Notes: generated by a model not told the origin, from the sequence alone. 46,457 bases of DNA from Bdellovibrio sp. (GCA_046318155.1 JBKCUU010000083.1:1-46457), one strand, 5' to 3'; positions 1-10,443 are shown, counted from the stretch's first letter. Numbers and translations are program-made.

Positions 1-392
1 TCGTGAAGCTGTTTTAAGTCGGTATGGCATGGGCGTAGGCAATTCGATGAATCTCAAATTGGGACAACTTCTTTAAGTTTGCACGACTTTTGTCCGAAAA
101 GCTTTCATGGGGTTCCCGTCAGGATTTCACGGCAATTCAGCTTCTAAACTGGGTCAAGAAATTTTAGATCACAATTTTGGTGAACGCTTGCAAGCACTGC
201 AATTTGAACTTGAGGTTCAAGGGGCAAAATGGGGTTTAGGCCCTCGCGCTGGCCTGGCCACTCGCGGCCCCGCCTCAACCGGAATCTCACGCCGCGCACC
301 GAAGTGTCTTTCAATCATTCATCCGACGATCAACAAAGCTCTCTCAACCTGAATTACCAATGGTGAAGAGGCAACGAAGGGGGGGCACCCAC

Positions 393-1613
393 TTACTTGC
401 AGCCTTGCCCCAATTTCACCAGCCTTCGCACTTCGCTCACGCTCAAGGCCATCGGTTTAATCGCGCAGCGGGCAGAGGCGCCTTGGCTTTTGAGTTGGGC
501 CAGCTCTTTTGCCAGGGGAGCAAAAGCGTCTCGGCCCATCGAGAAAATGGACTCAAACTCTTCGGTGTACGCTTGCATCACTTGCGCGGCCTTAGCTCCT
601 GAAAGCTCGACCAAATTTTCGATATGGCTGTTTTCGCTGCTCTTTGACCAGTTGAATGAACCGGCAAGAACGGTTGCTCCATCAACGATCATAAATTTAT
701 TGTGCATCTGATACATCATGTAATCAGAGACTTTAAGATTATAAAATTTAACTCGGAGTTCAAGGTTCTCGTGGCCCGATAGGTAGCCCGCGCGCTTCCC
801 GATATCCATAAAGTCATCTTGGCTAATCACCAATTGAATGTGCACTCCGCGCTCGGCAGCCGCCTTCAGCGCTTCAAGCACCTCGACAAGACGAACACGG
901 GTCGTGGCGATCTGGAGCGTATGCTCGGCGCTTTGGATTAAGCGAACAACTTGTTCAGTCAAAACGGCGTCTTCGTGTGAGCCTTTGTCGACTGTTCGCG
1001 GTGAATTAAAGAAAACGGCGACGTCTTGCTCTTCATCATAGTCGGCCAGCGGCCGCTCTGAAGAATCGGAGCTGTTTCCAAATTCACGAGAAGCCTTCCA
1101 GAGACGAGAAAACTCAAAATTAAATCGTCCCGTCACTTCATCTTCATTCGTAAAGAAAAGAATATTTTCGTTGTAGTTTCGGTACGACGAGAGCGACCAG
1201 TTGGCGCTGCCCGTGATCACCCGAGCTGTGGGAGTTCCGGCATCAAGGACGGCAAACTTGTGATGGACCTTGACCGGTTTTCCCAGAAACCGAACATCCA
1301 GCCCAAGAGCTTCGAGTTCGGTCATCTTCTTGGCCTTCTCTTCGGGCGCGGCATAGCCTTCAAAAATCAGTCGAATTTTGAGCTCTCGGGACCCAATCCG
1401 TTTTTGCACAAGAGAAGACTGCAAGGCTTTGATCACCGGTGAGGACGCGGAGGTCTCCATATTGTACATGGCGATATCAATTGTCGACCGGGCTTGCGTG
1501 ATCCACTCCGCAATTTTTTCGAGCGTGGGATCATGCGGATGAAAAAGAACTTCAACCTTGGCCTTTGCCGTTACCGTCAAACTCAAAACAAGAACCAGCA
1601 CCAAGCAATTCAT
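393..1613 (-). CDS. Secreted phospholipase D-superfamily protein (two HKD domains; nuclease or phospholipase)
   Basis: Motifs HHKFAVLD..TGSANWS..NYNEN and HNKFMIVD..AGSFNWS..HIEN. Signal peptide MNCLVLVLVLSLTVTAKA. SD GAGGAG lies 6 nt upstream of the ATG at 1613 (ORF track starts at 1694). Confidence 0.85.
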   Translation of the reverse strand: MNCLVLVLVLSLTVTAKAKVEVLFHPHDPTLEKIAEWITQARSTIDIAMYNMETSASSPVIKALQSSLVQKRIGSRELKIRLIFEGYAAPEEKAKKMTELEALGLDVRFLGKPVKVHHKFAVLDAGTPTARVITGSANWSLSSYRNYNENILFFTNEDEVTGRFNFEFSRLWKASREFGNSSDSSERPLADYDEEQDVAVFFNSPRTVDKGSHEDAVLTEQVVRLIQSAEHTLQIATTRVRLVEVLEALKAAAERGVHIQLVISQDDFMDIGKRAGYLSGHENLELRVKFYNLKVSDYMMYQMHNKFMIVDGATVLAGSFNWSKSSENSHIENLVELSGAKAAQVMQAYTEEFESIFSMGRDAFAPLAKELAQLKSQGASARCAIKPMALSVSEVRRLVKLGQGCK

Positions 1614-1722
1614 CATCGCCTCCTCGGGCTTGAACGTCACTAGCGAGGGTCTACCGCAAAGGCCAGAGGCAAGTCTTTCACATAACAGGAACATTACTAT
1701 GTAAAAACTGAATGTCTAGAAA

Positions 1723-3549
1723 TCAAGACTGTTTGTCGGTCAACTCTTGCCAGCGAGCATAGAGCTTTTCGATCGCCGCTTTCTGGGTTTCGAAGGCTTT
1801 CGAGAGCTCTTGAAGCTGCACGTAGTTGGCTTGCACTTCGGAGCTGGCCAGCTGTGCTTCGACTTGAGCCAGCTCGGCCTCTGATTGGTGAATCAAAGCC
1901 TCCATCTGGTCAAACTCGCGCTGCTCTTTATTGCCGAGGCGGGCTTTCTTTTTTTCGGGGATAGCTGCCGTGGGCTCTTTGGTCGCTGCCGCCGCGGGGA
2001 CAGACTTTCCTTTGCCTTTACCTTGGCTTTGCTTGCGCCACTCCTCCCACTGAAACAAGTTCGAAAACTTTTGGATTTCACCGTTACCGGTAAACGCCAA
2101 GATCTCGTTACAAACTTGATCCATAAAATAACGGTCGTGCGTGACTAAAATCAGTGCGCCCGGAAACTCGGCTAAAGCCTCTTGCAGCGTATCCATCGTC
2201 GCGATGTCGAGATCATTGGTGGGCTCATCCAAAATAAACACGGGCTCTGTTTGCAGCAAAAGCTGCGCGATCAAAAGCCGCGTTTTTTCGCCGCCCGAGA
2301 GCTTTGCGACCGGAAGCTCCATTTGATCATTTCTAAAATGAAACCGAGCCAAATAGCTACGGGCAAAGACGGGGCGACCCTGAACGTGAACGTAATCACC
2401 CTCTGGACAAAGATTGTAAAGAACGCTCTTATCCAACTTGAGTGTATTCTTCTTTTGGTCAAACAAAGCAAACTGAACTTTGTCGTTCACCATGACAGAG
2501 CCTGTGGCAGGCTTGATCTCTCCTAAAAGAGTTTGAATCAAAGTCGACTTTCCGCAGCCGTTGGGACCTAAAATCCCGACCCGCGCCCGTGCACCCAAAA
2601 TAAATGAGAAATCTTTGAAGAGCTCTTTGTCTCCGCGAACCTGCGAAATATTTTTAGCTTCAACAATTTTTTTTGGATTGCGAATCTCTTCGGCCATCTC
2701 GAAACTCATTTTCCGATCACGATTTTTTTCGGTCAGCTCATCAACCGTATCGGCCAATTCGTGGGCGCGCTCAATCCGCGCCGTTTGCTTCGTTTGCCGG
2801 GCCTTGGCGCCACGGCGAAGCCAATACGTTTCTTGGCGGAGTTGATTTTTACGAACTTGCTCCAAAGTCTTTTGAGCTCCGAGCTCAGCCTCTTTCAACA
2901 CTAAAAAGTCAGCGTAGGTTCCTTGGATTTGAATCAAGCCTTTGGGGTTTCGAGGATCCAAATCAAAAATGTAATCACAGGTGTTTTGCAAAAAAAGCCG
3001 ATCATGCGTAATCATCAAATGACCCATGTCACGTTGCTGACTCAGAAAGCCTTCGAGCCACTCGATGCTTTCGACGTCCAGGTGATTCGTCGGCTCATCA
3101 AAAAGCAAAAGTTGGGGCCTCGGCGCAAGCACCTGGGCGAGGGCGACGCGCTTCATCCAGCCGCCCGAAAGCTCAGAAACGGGACGATCGACGCCCGCTT
3201 CTTTTGAGTCTAGCTCAAGGCGAGAAATCAATTCGTAGATAAATCCCAGCTGAACGTAATCATCCGGGTCGTGCATGGTTTTTTGCAAAACTTCAAAAAT
3301 GGTTTCGCCGGATTTAAATCGAGGATCTTGTTCGAGGTAGCCAATCTTGAGGCCCCGCGCAAAGCTGACTTCACCGCGGTCCGGTGTTTCGACGCGGGCT
3401 AAAATTTTAAGCAGCGTTGACTTACCCGCGCCATTGGGGCCGATCAAACCAATCTTTTGTCCTTCGTTAAGGCCAAAAGTGAGGTTTTTAAAAAGAGTTT
3501 GGGCGCCAAATGCTTTAGAAAGATCGAAGGCCGAAATCAGAACGCTCAT
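1723..3549 (-). CDS. uup: ABC-F family ATPase (Uup-like)
   Basis: Two ABC cassettes (GPNGAGKST/LSGG/DEPTN and GPNGCGKST/LSGG/DEPTN), no TM segments, linker WLRRGAKARQTKQ, C-terminal coiled coil. Start overlaps the xdhC stop (ATGA). Confidence 0.85.
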   Translation of the reverse strand: MSVLISAFDLSKAFGAQTLFKNLTFGLNEGQKIGLIGPNGAGKSTLLKILARVETPDRGEVSFARGLKIGYLEQDPRFKSGETIFEVLQKTMHDPDDYVQLGFIYELISRLELDSKEAGVDRPVSELSGGWMKRVALAQVLAPRPQLLLFDEPTNHLDVESIEWLEGFLSQQRDMGHLMITHDRLFLQNTCDYIFDLDPRNPKGLIQIQGTYADFLVLKEAELGAQKTLEQVRKNQLRQETYWLRRGAKARQTKQTARIERAHELADTVDELTEKNRDRKMSFEMAEEIRNPKKIVEAKNISQVRGDKELFKDFSFILGARARVGILGPNGCGKSTLIQTLLGEIKPATGSVMVNDKVQFALFDQKKNTLKLDKSVLYNLCPEGDYVHVQGRPVFARSYLARFHFRNDQMELPVAKLSGGEKTRLLIAQLLLQTEPVFILDEPTNDLDIATMDTLQEALAEFPGALILVTHDRYFMDQVCNEILAFTGNGEIQKFSNLFQWEEWRKQSQGKGKGKSVPAAAATKEPTAAIPEKKKARLGNKEQREFDQMEALIHQSEAELAQVEAQLASSEVQANYVQLQELSKAFETQKAAIEKLYARWQELTDKQS

Positions 3550-4346
3550 GACTGTTCTCTCCAGAGGTGATCCCGCACCTTTAGCAGCTGAGCCACGATA
3601 CTGAAAGCAATTTCGACCGGAGAATGATTTCCAAAAGTCTCACCGATGGGACAATAGATTTGATCCACTCGAGCGGGCGGAGCCCCCATCTCGAGCAGCT
3701 CCGCGCGGATTTTACGAGCTTTCAGGTCGCTGCCAATCACGCCAATGTAGGGAAACGAATGCTGAATAAGCTCTTTCAGAACCGGCAGGTCGGTCGAATG
3801 TCCCATGGTCATTAGCACAACAAAAGTACCCGGCTCAAGTTCAGCCACTTTCTTTGGCATCTCCGGCCAGAGCTCTGTGCGCAAACGGGCATGAGCCTGC
3901 ACCTTCTCGAGCCATTCGGAGCGCGAGTCAATCACCGTCAGGTCACAATCAAGCTTGAGCAAAAGCGGTGCTAATTCTTGGGCGACGTGACCCGCGCCAA
4001 AAACGGCGATCTTCCATTTGCGAAGAGGTGTCACCTTTTCGAAAAAAAATGAGACCGCTCCTCCGCACGACATTTTGAGATCCACTTGTAGATTCCACCG
4101 AATCAGCTGAGGCTGTTCATTTTCGGATTTCAAAAACTCTTGGCCTTTAAGAATGGCGGCGTTTTCAACTTTGCCTCCGCCCACGGTGCCAAAACGAAGG
4201 CCCTCTGCTGTCACGATCATGCGAGCGCCAACATCTTGCGGGCTCGACCCTTGAGTTTCAACCAAGGTCACGACGACGTAGGCTTGCCGCTTTTCGCGAA
4301 GCCGCTGGCATTGATCCAAAAAAAGCTCAAAGTTTTTTTCGGTCAT
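3546..4346 (-). CDS. xdhC: Xanthine dehydrogenase accessory protein XdhC
   Basis: GSSPQDVGARM, GTVGGG, CGG, FGAGHV, MTMGHSTD, YIGVIGS, CPIG motifs. ATG at 4346 overlaps the xdhB stop. Confidence 0.92.
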   Translation of the reverse strand: MTEKNFELFLDQCQRLREKRQAYVVVTLVETQGSSPQDVGARMIVTAEGLRFGTVGGGKVENAAILKGQEFLKSENEQPQLIRWNLQVDLKMSCGGAVSFFFEKVTPLRKWKIAVFGAGHVAQELAPLLLKLDCDLTVIDSRSEWLEKVQAHARLRTELWPEMPKKVAELEPGTFVVLMTMGHSTDLPVLKELIQHSFPYIGVIGSDLKARKIRAELLEMGAPPARVDQIYCPIGETFGNHSPVEIAFSIVAQLLKVRDHLWREQS

Positions 4347-6679
4347 GAAGATCCTTGAGACCCGTATTTCATGCACTCAAGTAAAATCACTTCGGGAGTT
4401 GCCGGACTCACAAAATTGGGCGGTTTGGGACCTGCTCGGTAAGATAGGGCATTTTTAACCGCGGTCCAAACCGACGAGCCCAAAAGAAGCGGCGGCTCAC
4501 CCACCGCTTTGGTTGAAAAAACGTTATGTGAATTGAGCGTATTTGCAATCAAGCGCACATTGAAGACGCGCGGGCAGTCTTGCACGTTCGGAATTTTATA
4601 GGTTGTTGGTGAATGCGAAATCAAATGACCTTGCGGTGAATAATACAAATTTTCACTGGTGACCCAACCCATTCCTTGCACGAAAGCACCGGTCACTTGT
4701 CCCAGGTCAATTGCCGGGTTCATCGAACAGCCAAGATCCATGAGCAAATCAACGCGGCGGACTTTTAATTCGCCCGTATCTTCATCAATTTCAACTTCGC
4801 TAGCGCAAATGCCATTGGTAAAATAACTAAAGGCTCGCCCCTTACCGGTTTTTTTATCAAAGCCTAAATTTTTGGTTCGAAAGTGCGCGTACTCGCTAAG
4901 TGATAAACGGTGCAGATAAGCCTTTTGAATCACTTGAACCAGATCTTCGCTCCACCCTGTCGGCTCATGAACCACTTGAGAATCCCGAAAAACAAAGTCT
5001 TGAGCCACAAAATCACCTGGCGGTGCAGAGAGTTCTCGCAACTCATTCAGACTCTTGGTTCGTAAGTGCTCAGCCACCCAAGCCAATCGCCGCGTAATTT
5101 CTAATGACGCTTTTAAGGCGGCCGAGCAGTTTAAATCGGACCCGCTTGAGGCGGCCGTCGGCGACGTATTTGCGTTTTTTTCGGTGCTGGTGGACATCAC
5201 TTTGACGGCCTCCGAAGGGACACCGAGAGCGGTGGCGACCGTTTGCGCGATCTTTGTATTCACCCCTTGACCCATCTCGGTGGCGCCGGTCGACACTTGA
5301 AGTGTTCCATCCCGGTGCAAATTGACCAAGGCATTGGCCTGATTCAAATGCCGAGCTGTAAAGGCAATGCCAAACTTAACTGCCGTGACCGAAAGACCGC
5401 GAAGCTTTCCAGAATTTTGCGAGTTAAATTGATCAACGTCTTGGCGCCGCTGGCGGTAACTTGCCTCTTGCTCCAAGGTCTGAAAAAGCTCGGGAAGAAC
5501 AAGATCCTCAATGTCTTGGCCGTAAGGAGTTTTGTTCCGCGGTGCAGGCCCGTACACATTGAGTCTTCGAATATCGAAGGCATCTTTTTTTAAAACATGG
5601 GCGATATCTTCAAAAATACTTTCGATGGTCATATTGCCTTGAGGGCCACCAAAGCCCCGAAAAGCCGTGTTCGAATGATTGTTGGTGCGGCAAGCCCAGC
5701 CCTCGATCTTTGCGTTGGGAAGAAAGTAAGCCCCATCCAGGTGAAACAATGCACGGTCCAGAATCGAGGGTGACAAATCCGTATAGGCCCCGGCGTCGGC
5801 ATAAAGCTTGGCTTTGATGGCGAGCAGGCGGCCGTCTTGATCAAATCCCACTTCATACTCGTTTTGAAATGGATGACGCTTGCCCGTGAACTTCATGTCG
5901 TCGTCTTTACTTAAGACGATCCGCGCAGGGCGCCCGAGCTTTTGTGCAACGAGTCCCGCCATCGCGGCAAAAGGCGCAGCTTGAGACTCTTTACCGCCAA
6001 ATCCACCGCCCATTCGTTTAACAATGCACACGACCTGCGACTGCGCAACACCCAAGGCCTCGGCCACCACGTGCTGAGTCTCGGTGGGATGCTGAGAAGA
6101 CGAATGCACTTCAAAGCAGTCGTTCTCAAGTGGGTACACAACACTTGCTTGCGACTCCATGTAAAAATGCTCTTGTCCGCCGCACACAAACGTCCCCGAC
6201 AAACGGTGCGGCGCTGCCGCCAAGGCTTTATCGGCATCACCCGTCACGAAGGGCGTCGATTGATACAAGAACTGCTTTTTTTGAATGGCTTCATTGAGTG
6301 AGAGAACTGGTACACGCTCTTGCACTTCAATTCGAATTTTTTTAAGAGCCTCAAGTCCCGCTTCTTTCGTTTCGCTGGCGACAAGGCAAACGGGCTCGTC
6401 CATGTAACCAATTTCACCGTCGACTAAAATGGGCTGCTCTTGGACAATGGTGCCCCACTTGTTGTGATACAAATCACGTGCGGTCCAAACGCCTAGGACT
6501 CCCGGAATTTTAAGAGCTTCTTGAAAGTCGATGTTTTTAATGGTGCCGGCGGCCGCGGGGGCTCCTTTAACAAAAACTTGAACCTCTCCTTGAAGAAAGG
6601 GCCGGTCATCGACAAAGATGCTCTGGCCCGTGACATGACCCCTTGCCGAATCGTGCGGCGCACTTTTTCCTAAACTCAT
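4343..6679 (-). CDS. xdhB: Xanthine dehydrogenase molybdopterin-binding subunit
   Basis: PHDSARGHVTG, GQEHFYME, RMGGGFGGKESQ, TAFRGFGGPQG, TAASSGSD, KAVGEPP (catalytic Glu present). Confidence 0.95.
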   Translation of the reverse strand: MSLGKSAPHDSARGHVTGQSIFVDDRPFLQGEVQVFVKGAPAAAGTIKNIDFQEALKIPGVLGVWTARDLYHNKWGTIVQEQPILVDGEIGYMDEPVCLVASETKEAGLEALKKIRIEVQERVPVLSLNEAIQKKQFLYQSTPFVTGDADKALAAAPHRLSGTFVCGGQEHFYMESQASVVYPLENDCFEVHSSSQHPTETQHVVAEALGVAQSQVVCIVKRMGGGFGGKESQAAPFAAMAGLVAQKLGRPARIVLSKDDDMKFTGKRHPFQNEYEVGFDQDGRLLAIKAKLYADAGAYTDLSPSILDRALFHLDGAYFLPNAKIEGWACRTNNHSNTAFRGFGGPQGNMTIESIFEDIAHVLKKDAFDIRRLNVYGPAPRNKTPYGQDIEDLVLPELFQTLEQEASYRQRRQDVDQFNSQNSGKLRGLSVTAVKFGIAFTARHLNQANALVNLHRDGTLQVSTGATEMGQGVNTKIAQTVATALGVPSEAVKVMSTSTEKNANTSPTAASSGSDLNCSAALKASLEITRRLAWVAEHLRTKSLNELRELSAPPGDFVAQDFVFRDSQVVHEPTGWSEDLVQVIQKAYLHRLSLSEYAHFRTKNLGFDKKTGKGRAFSYFTNGICASEVEIDEDTGELKVRRVDLLMDLGCSMNPAIDLGQVTGAFVQGMGWVTSENLYYSPQGHLISHSPTTYKIPNVQDCPRVFNVRLIANTLNSHNVFSTKAVGEPPLLLGSSVWTAVKNALSYRAGPKPPNFVSPATPEVILLECMKYGSQGSS

Positions 6680-8118
6680 GGCGCGGCCTCGGCCCGAGGT
6701 GCGAGCAGGTCCCGCGATAGTTTCCGAAAAAAGTTTTGGCTCAATTGAAATCGGTACTCTTTTGATCCTCGCACATCGCCCAGTGGTGAGATCTCCGTGA
6801 TTGCAAATTCGCCAGCCCGACTCAAGAGCGCTGGCGACAACGACTGACCCTGCAAGAGCTGCTCGGTTTTTAGTAAACGCAAAACGGTGGGACCGACTCC
6901 GCCAAGAGCCAAACGAACAAACTGAACTTGTCCTTGTTTTACTTTCATCAAAGCGGCAAACGTGACGGCCGAGATATCTAAATCTTTACGCAAAGATGCT
7001 TTGTACAGCTTGACGGTCGAATCCATTTCGAGCGCTGGGATTTCGAGGCGCAAAACAATTTCATCGGGCCTCAGGTCCGTTTTTTTATAACCCAGATAAA
7101 ACTTCTCAAGCTCAATCTCGCGCTCACCTCGAGCACTTGCAACGACCAACCGGGCGCCGGCAACGACCAAAAATGGAAGCGTATCGCCGATGGGCGAACC
7201 ATTGACGACATTGCCAATCAGAGTTGCGCGGTTCTTGATTTGCGGCGAAGCAAAGATGCGAAGCAGGCGCGCAAATTCGGGAACCTCATTTTCGAGAACA
7301 TCCTCAAGTCCGGCCAACGTGACGTTGGCACCGATCAGAAGCGAACCCAATTTTTGCTCGACACAGCGAAGTTCCTCGAGCAAATGAAGGGACATCGCTT
7401 TTCTTAAAAGCAGTTTTCCTTTATTGACCAGAACTCCGAGGTCGGTCGCGCCCGCGACGATCTTGGCCTCGGGGTGGTTCCCCTTATAGGTCAGCGCCTC
7501 GGCTAAGGTTGTTGGCACGCGAAGTTCGAATTCATCTTGGCGGAGCTGCAAATCTTGGCGGCTCCATTCACGCATCTGACTCCGGTGCTCTTGGGTGAGG
7601 TATCTGGATTCAAGCGATTGCCCAGGATGGGGCTTAAGCGCGCACGCCGCTTTCAAAATGGGTTCATACCCCGTGCAGCGGCATAAATTCCCAGTCAGCG
7701 CGTTCCGCGCCCGCTTGTCGGTGATTGGCTTTTGAGTTTTAAGCGAACTCTCATACAGCGCGGTCATCGCGCAGACAATGCCTGGCGTGCAATAGCCGCA
7801 CTGAGCTCCGAAGTGATCCACCATTGATTGTTGCACAGGGTGAAGCGCTTCATTTTGCTGAAGACCTTCAACCGTTACGACCGAGGTCCCCTGGAGCGTA
7901 AAAACAGGGAGAATGCAGGAGTTCACAGGCACAAACTGGGGGTGACTGACCCGAGCGCACAGAACCGAGCAAGCGCCGCAATCCCCTTCAGCACAAACGA
8001 TCTTGGTGCCAGTCAAACTTTTTTGATAACGCAAAAAGTCCGCCAGCGGCCAAAAGACCTTGTCATCTTGAATCTGGCAAACTTGCCCGTTGAGATAGAA
8101 GGATATCTTCTGTTCCAC
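6676..8118 (-). CDS. xdhA: Xanthine dehydrogenase small subunit (2x[2Fe-2S] + FAD)
   Basis: CAEGDCGAC, QCGYCTPG, GNLCRCTGY, AGATD, FASPQIKNRAT, DISAV. GTG start. Confidence 0.95.
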   Translation of the reverse strand: MEQKISFYLNGQVCQIQDDKVFWPLADFLRYQKSLTGTKIVCAEGDCGACSVLCARVSHPQFVPVNSCILPVFTLQGTSVVTVEGLQQNEALHPVQQSMVDHFGAQCGYCTPGIVCAMTALYESSLKTQKPITDKRARNALTGNLCRCTGYEPILKAACALKPHPGQSLESRYLTQEHRSQMREWSRQDLQLRQDEFELRVPTTLAEALTYKGNHPEAKIVAGATDLGVLVNKGKLLLRKAMSLHLLEELRCVEQKLGSLLIGANVTLAGLEDVLENEVPEFARLLRIFASPQIKNRATLIGNVVNGSPIGDTLPFLVVAGARLVVASARGEREIELEKFYLGYKKTDLRPDEIVLRLEIPALEMDSTVKLYKASLRKDLDISAVTFAALMKVKQGQVQFVRLALGGVGPTVLRLLKTEQLLQGQSLSPALLSRAGEFAITEISPLGDVRGSKEYRFQLSQNFFRKLSRDLLAPRAEAAP

Positions 8119-8138
8119 CCTGCAATTAGGCCCGGATT

Positions 8139-9239
8139 TTAGGGTTTTTGGAAGAGGTATTTCTTAAGATCGGCATTGTCTGAACGCCACAACACATTGT
8201 CGATAAAATAGTGATGGATATTAATGAACAACTGAAAAACGCCCATAAAGATCGTGGGACTCCAAAGCACAGCCGCATTGGCATTCCATTCGGGCATGCG
8301 TTCATCCAAGCCCGTGGGAATCCAATGAAAGACAAGTAGACCCGTCACAATCGCGGCGCCAAAATAGAGCAGACCATTGAAGAAAAGTGACTTGCGGCGC
8401 TCAAAATCAGTGGGCCTCAGTGCGGTCGCTCCCCACTGATTTTTTTTAAGCGCACCAACAAAGAGCAAATATTGGAGCGAGTGAAAGAACGGAACCATGT
8501 AGTAAAAGTGGCGGTGCCCGGCAAAGGGCAGATACCAAGCCAGCAAGGCGACATAAGACACCCATCCCACCCGCGAAATGCTGCGTCCCTCCCGGATATA
8601 ACGCCAAACCAAGAGACCCACAGCGATGACACCTGTCACAAATACAAGCGCGTAAGCAGCCAGCAGAATCTTTGGTGAAAAGCCCAGGAGATCATATTTA
8701 ATCCCGAAGAAATCAGCTTCGCGGTGATCAAGCTGGCCCCCGACAAACGACAACCCCCAAATCGAATACAGATTTGTCAAAAGGGCGTATCGCTCTAATT
8801 TGCTCAAGTAAAATGATTTGACCGATGAGGTCACCACGATAGTGCCAAACACCTGTTTCACATAATGCCAACCCACGGTCAAAAACATAACGTGAACCAT
8901 CAGCGAGAAAACGACGTCGTCATTGCGTGAAAAACCCAAGCCAAACACCCCAATCAAAATGATCGGCGCAATGATCGCCGCCCAAAGATATGTGGGCTTT
9001 TTTACAAGCTCGGTCCGCTTATCCCAATACAAGAGCTGGTAAGACAGCATAAAGTGCGGCCAGTTAATAACCAGGCTAAGGTAATACATCAGAATTGCGA
9101 GTTTTGTCGTGTCCGCATTTTCGTTTAAAAAAAAGTGGAAGCACAAAAACAAAAACAGGCTCAGGCCACCGACCATCAGCAGATCTAAATTTTTACCTAA
9201 CAATGAAGTCTCGCGAAGGGTTGTCGCCTCAAGCGCCAT
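8139..9239 (-). CDS. Polytopic membrane protein with four His motifs, unknown function
   Basis: About 9-10 hydrophobic segments. NWPHF, GWHYVKQ, FHSLQY, IHHYFID motifs. Tightly packed in the operon. Confidence 0.75.
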   Translation of the reverse strand: MALEATTLRETSLLGKNLDLLMVGGLSLFLFLCFHFFLNENADTTKLAILMYYLSLVINWPHFMLSYQLLYWDKRTELVKKPTYLWAAIIAPIILIGVFGLGFSRNDDVVFSLMVHVMFLTVGWHYVKQVFGTIVVTSSVKSFYLSKLERYALLTNLYSIWGLSFVGGQLDHREADFFGIKYDLLGFSPKILLAAYALVFVTGVIAVGLLVWRYIREGRSISRVGWVSYVALLAWYLPFAGHRHFYYMVPFFHSLQYLLFVGALKKNQWGATALRPTDFERRKSLFFNGLLYFGAAIVTGLLVFHWIPTGLDERMPEWNANAAVLWSPTIFMGVFQLFINIHHYFIDNVLWRSDNADLKKYLFQKP

Positions 9240-9242
9240 GCT

Positions 9243-9749
9243 TCAAGACTGCAGGGCCTCGTCCTTTTTGACAAGTCGAGCTTTCGCAGACAGGGTGACG
9301 GTAAACTCAGCGACGATTTCTTTGGGATCTTGAGAAGGAACGATGGCGTAAGAGCGAAAAGTTTTGGTTTCGCGCTGGCCAGTCTGAATCGTTTTGCTGA
9401 TCACGTCGCGAACTTCACTTCCCTGCTCGCAAACAAAGTGCACATCGCCTTCACAGCGCTTGATGAAGTTGGCTGTAAAGTCTTTAAATAAAAAATCGAC
9501 GCGCTGACCGCTTTTCTGAATTTCTTGAACGGCTCTGATGGCCACGGCGGCTTCAGCACCCATCGCAATCGCACCAAAGTACATGACACCCAAATGGTTT
9601 TTTGTTCGGCGATTCAATGGAATTTTAAGTACGGTCCGCTGCTCATCCATCTCCATCACCGTGGGACGGATCCAGCCCAAAAGCGGAATTTTGACAAATG
9701 AAAAGAGTCTCAAAAATGCAGTGGCCTTAAACTGGTCGATTTTTTTCAC
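9243..9749 (-). CDS. Hotdog-fold thioesterase-like protein (DUF4442/PaaI-like)
   Basis: IPLNRRTKNHLGVMYFGA, FKDFTANFIKRCEGDVHF. Probable GTG start at 9749 (ORF track 9764). Confidence 0.8.
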   Translation of the reverse strand: MKKIDQFKATAFLRLFSFVKIPLLGWIRPTVMEMDEQRTVLKIPLNRRTKNHLGVMYFGAIAMGAEAAVAIRAVQEIQKSGQRVDFLFKDFTANFIKRCEGDVHFVCEQGSEVRDVISKTIQTGQRETKTFRSYAIVPSQDPKEIVAEFTVTLSAKARLVKKDEALQS

Positions 9750-10443
9750 GGCGCAATTCTCCATCCCAATGAGCGAAACACAGGGCTGATAGTACTGGCA
9801 AAAACAAATTAAAGACTGGGACTAAAGAACCCAGCGCCAACAAAAAACTGAGAAAAAAACCTTCGCTTTGATGCAGGCCACGAAGTCTCTTGAGATCCTC
9901 CCAGCTTTGCGTACCTGACCATTGGTCGAGCGTCAGCAGACGCCACTGCACCCACCCCAATACGGCCAGCGTAAAAATCCCAGGCAGAATCGGAACCCAG
10001 AAAAAAACTAAGAATAACAACCAGGATCCAAGTCCTAGCAGCGAGACAAAAAAAATCTCGATGATTTGCCGGACAAGTGACACCTGACCCATGACCGGAC
10101 GGTCTTGATAGCCTCGAGAGCTTAAAAAACGCCGCACCCAAGGAAACGCCAGGACCGAGAGCAACACCAGGCTGACAATTAGGACAATGGGAAAACTGGC
10201 CAAGACAAGCAAAAGTATTCCCCAGAAACCTGTAAAATCCCAGGTCGTCATTTGAGTGATCCATGCGAGCAAAGGTCCGCCCACAAAACCAAGAACGATC
10301 ACCCAAAACAAGATTCCTGTCAGAAACACCATCAACGAAAGCAAGATCACGCGCGGATGGACGAAGTCTCTTAATCCCAGCAAGAGCGAGCGCATGACCC
10401 GTTCTAATTCAAAACTTTGCTGAGCCGAAGTCGTACTGGGCAT
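9727..10443 (-). CDS. EI24/CysZ-like membrane protein
   Basis: Multiple TM segments and a C-terminal LVPVFNLFLPV pattern. TAATG overlap with the upstream gene. Confidence 0.6.
   Translation of the reverse strand: MPSTTSAQQSFELERVMRSLLLGLRDFVHPRVILLSLMVFLTGILFWVIVLGFVGGPLLAWITQMTTWDFTGFWGILLLVLASFPIVLIVSLVLLSVLAFPWVRRFLSSRGYQDRPVMGQVSLVRQIIEIFFVSLLGLGSWLLFLVFFWVPILPGIFTLAVLGWVQWRLLTLDQWSGTQSWEDLKRLRGLHQSEGFFLSFLLALGSLVPVFNLFLPVLSALCFAHWDGELRREKNRPV

Noticed and set aside
1..30. Possible minus-strand gene start (MPYRLKTASR) running off the window
   Set aside because: Only 10 codons are visible and there is no clear SD, so it cannot be identified.
231..281. GC-rich imperfect inverted repeat downstream of the PLD gene
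   Set aside because: Pairing is irregular and the U-tract is weak. No second copy was seen and it matches no RNA family I recognise.
107..352. 81-aa plus-strand ORF in the left intergenic region
   Set aside because: No SD, no recognisable domain and atypical composition. It cannot be supported as a gene.
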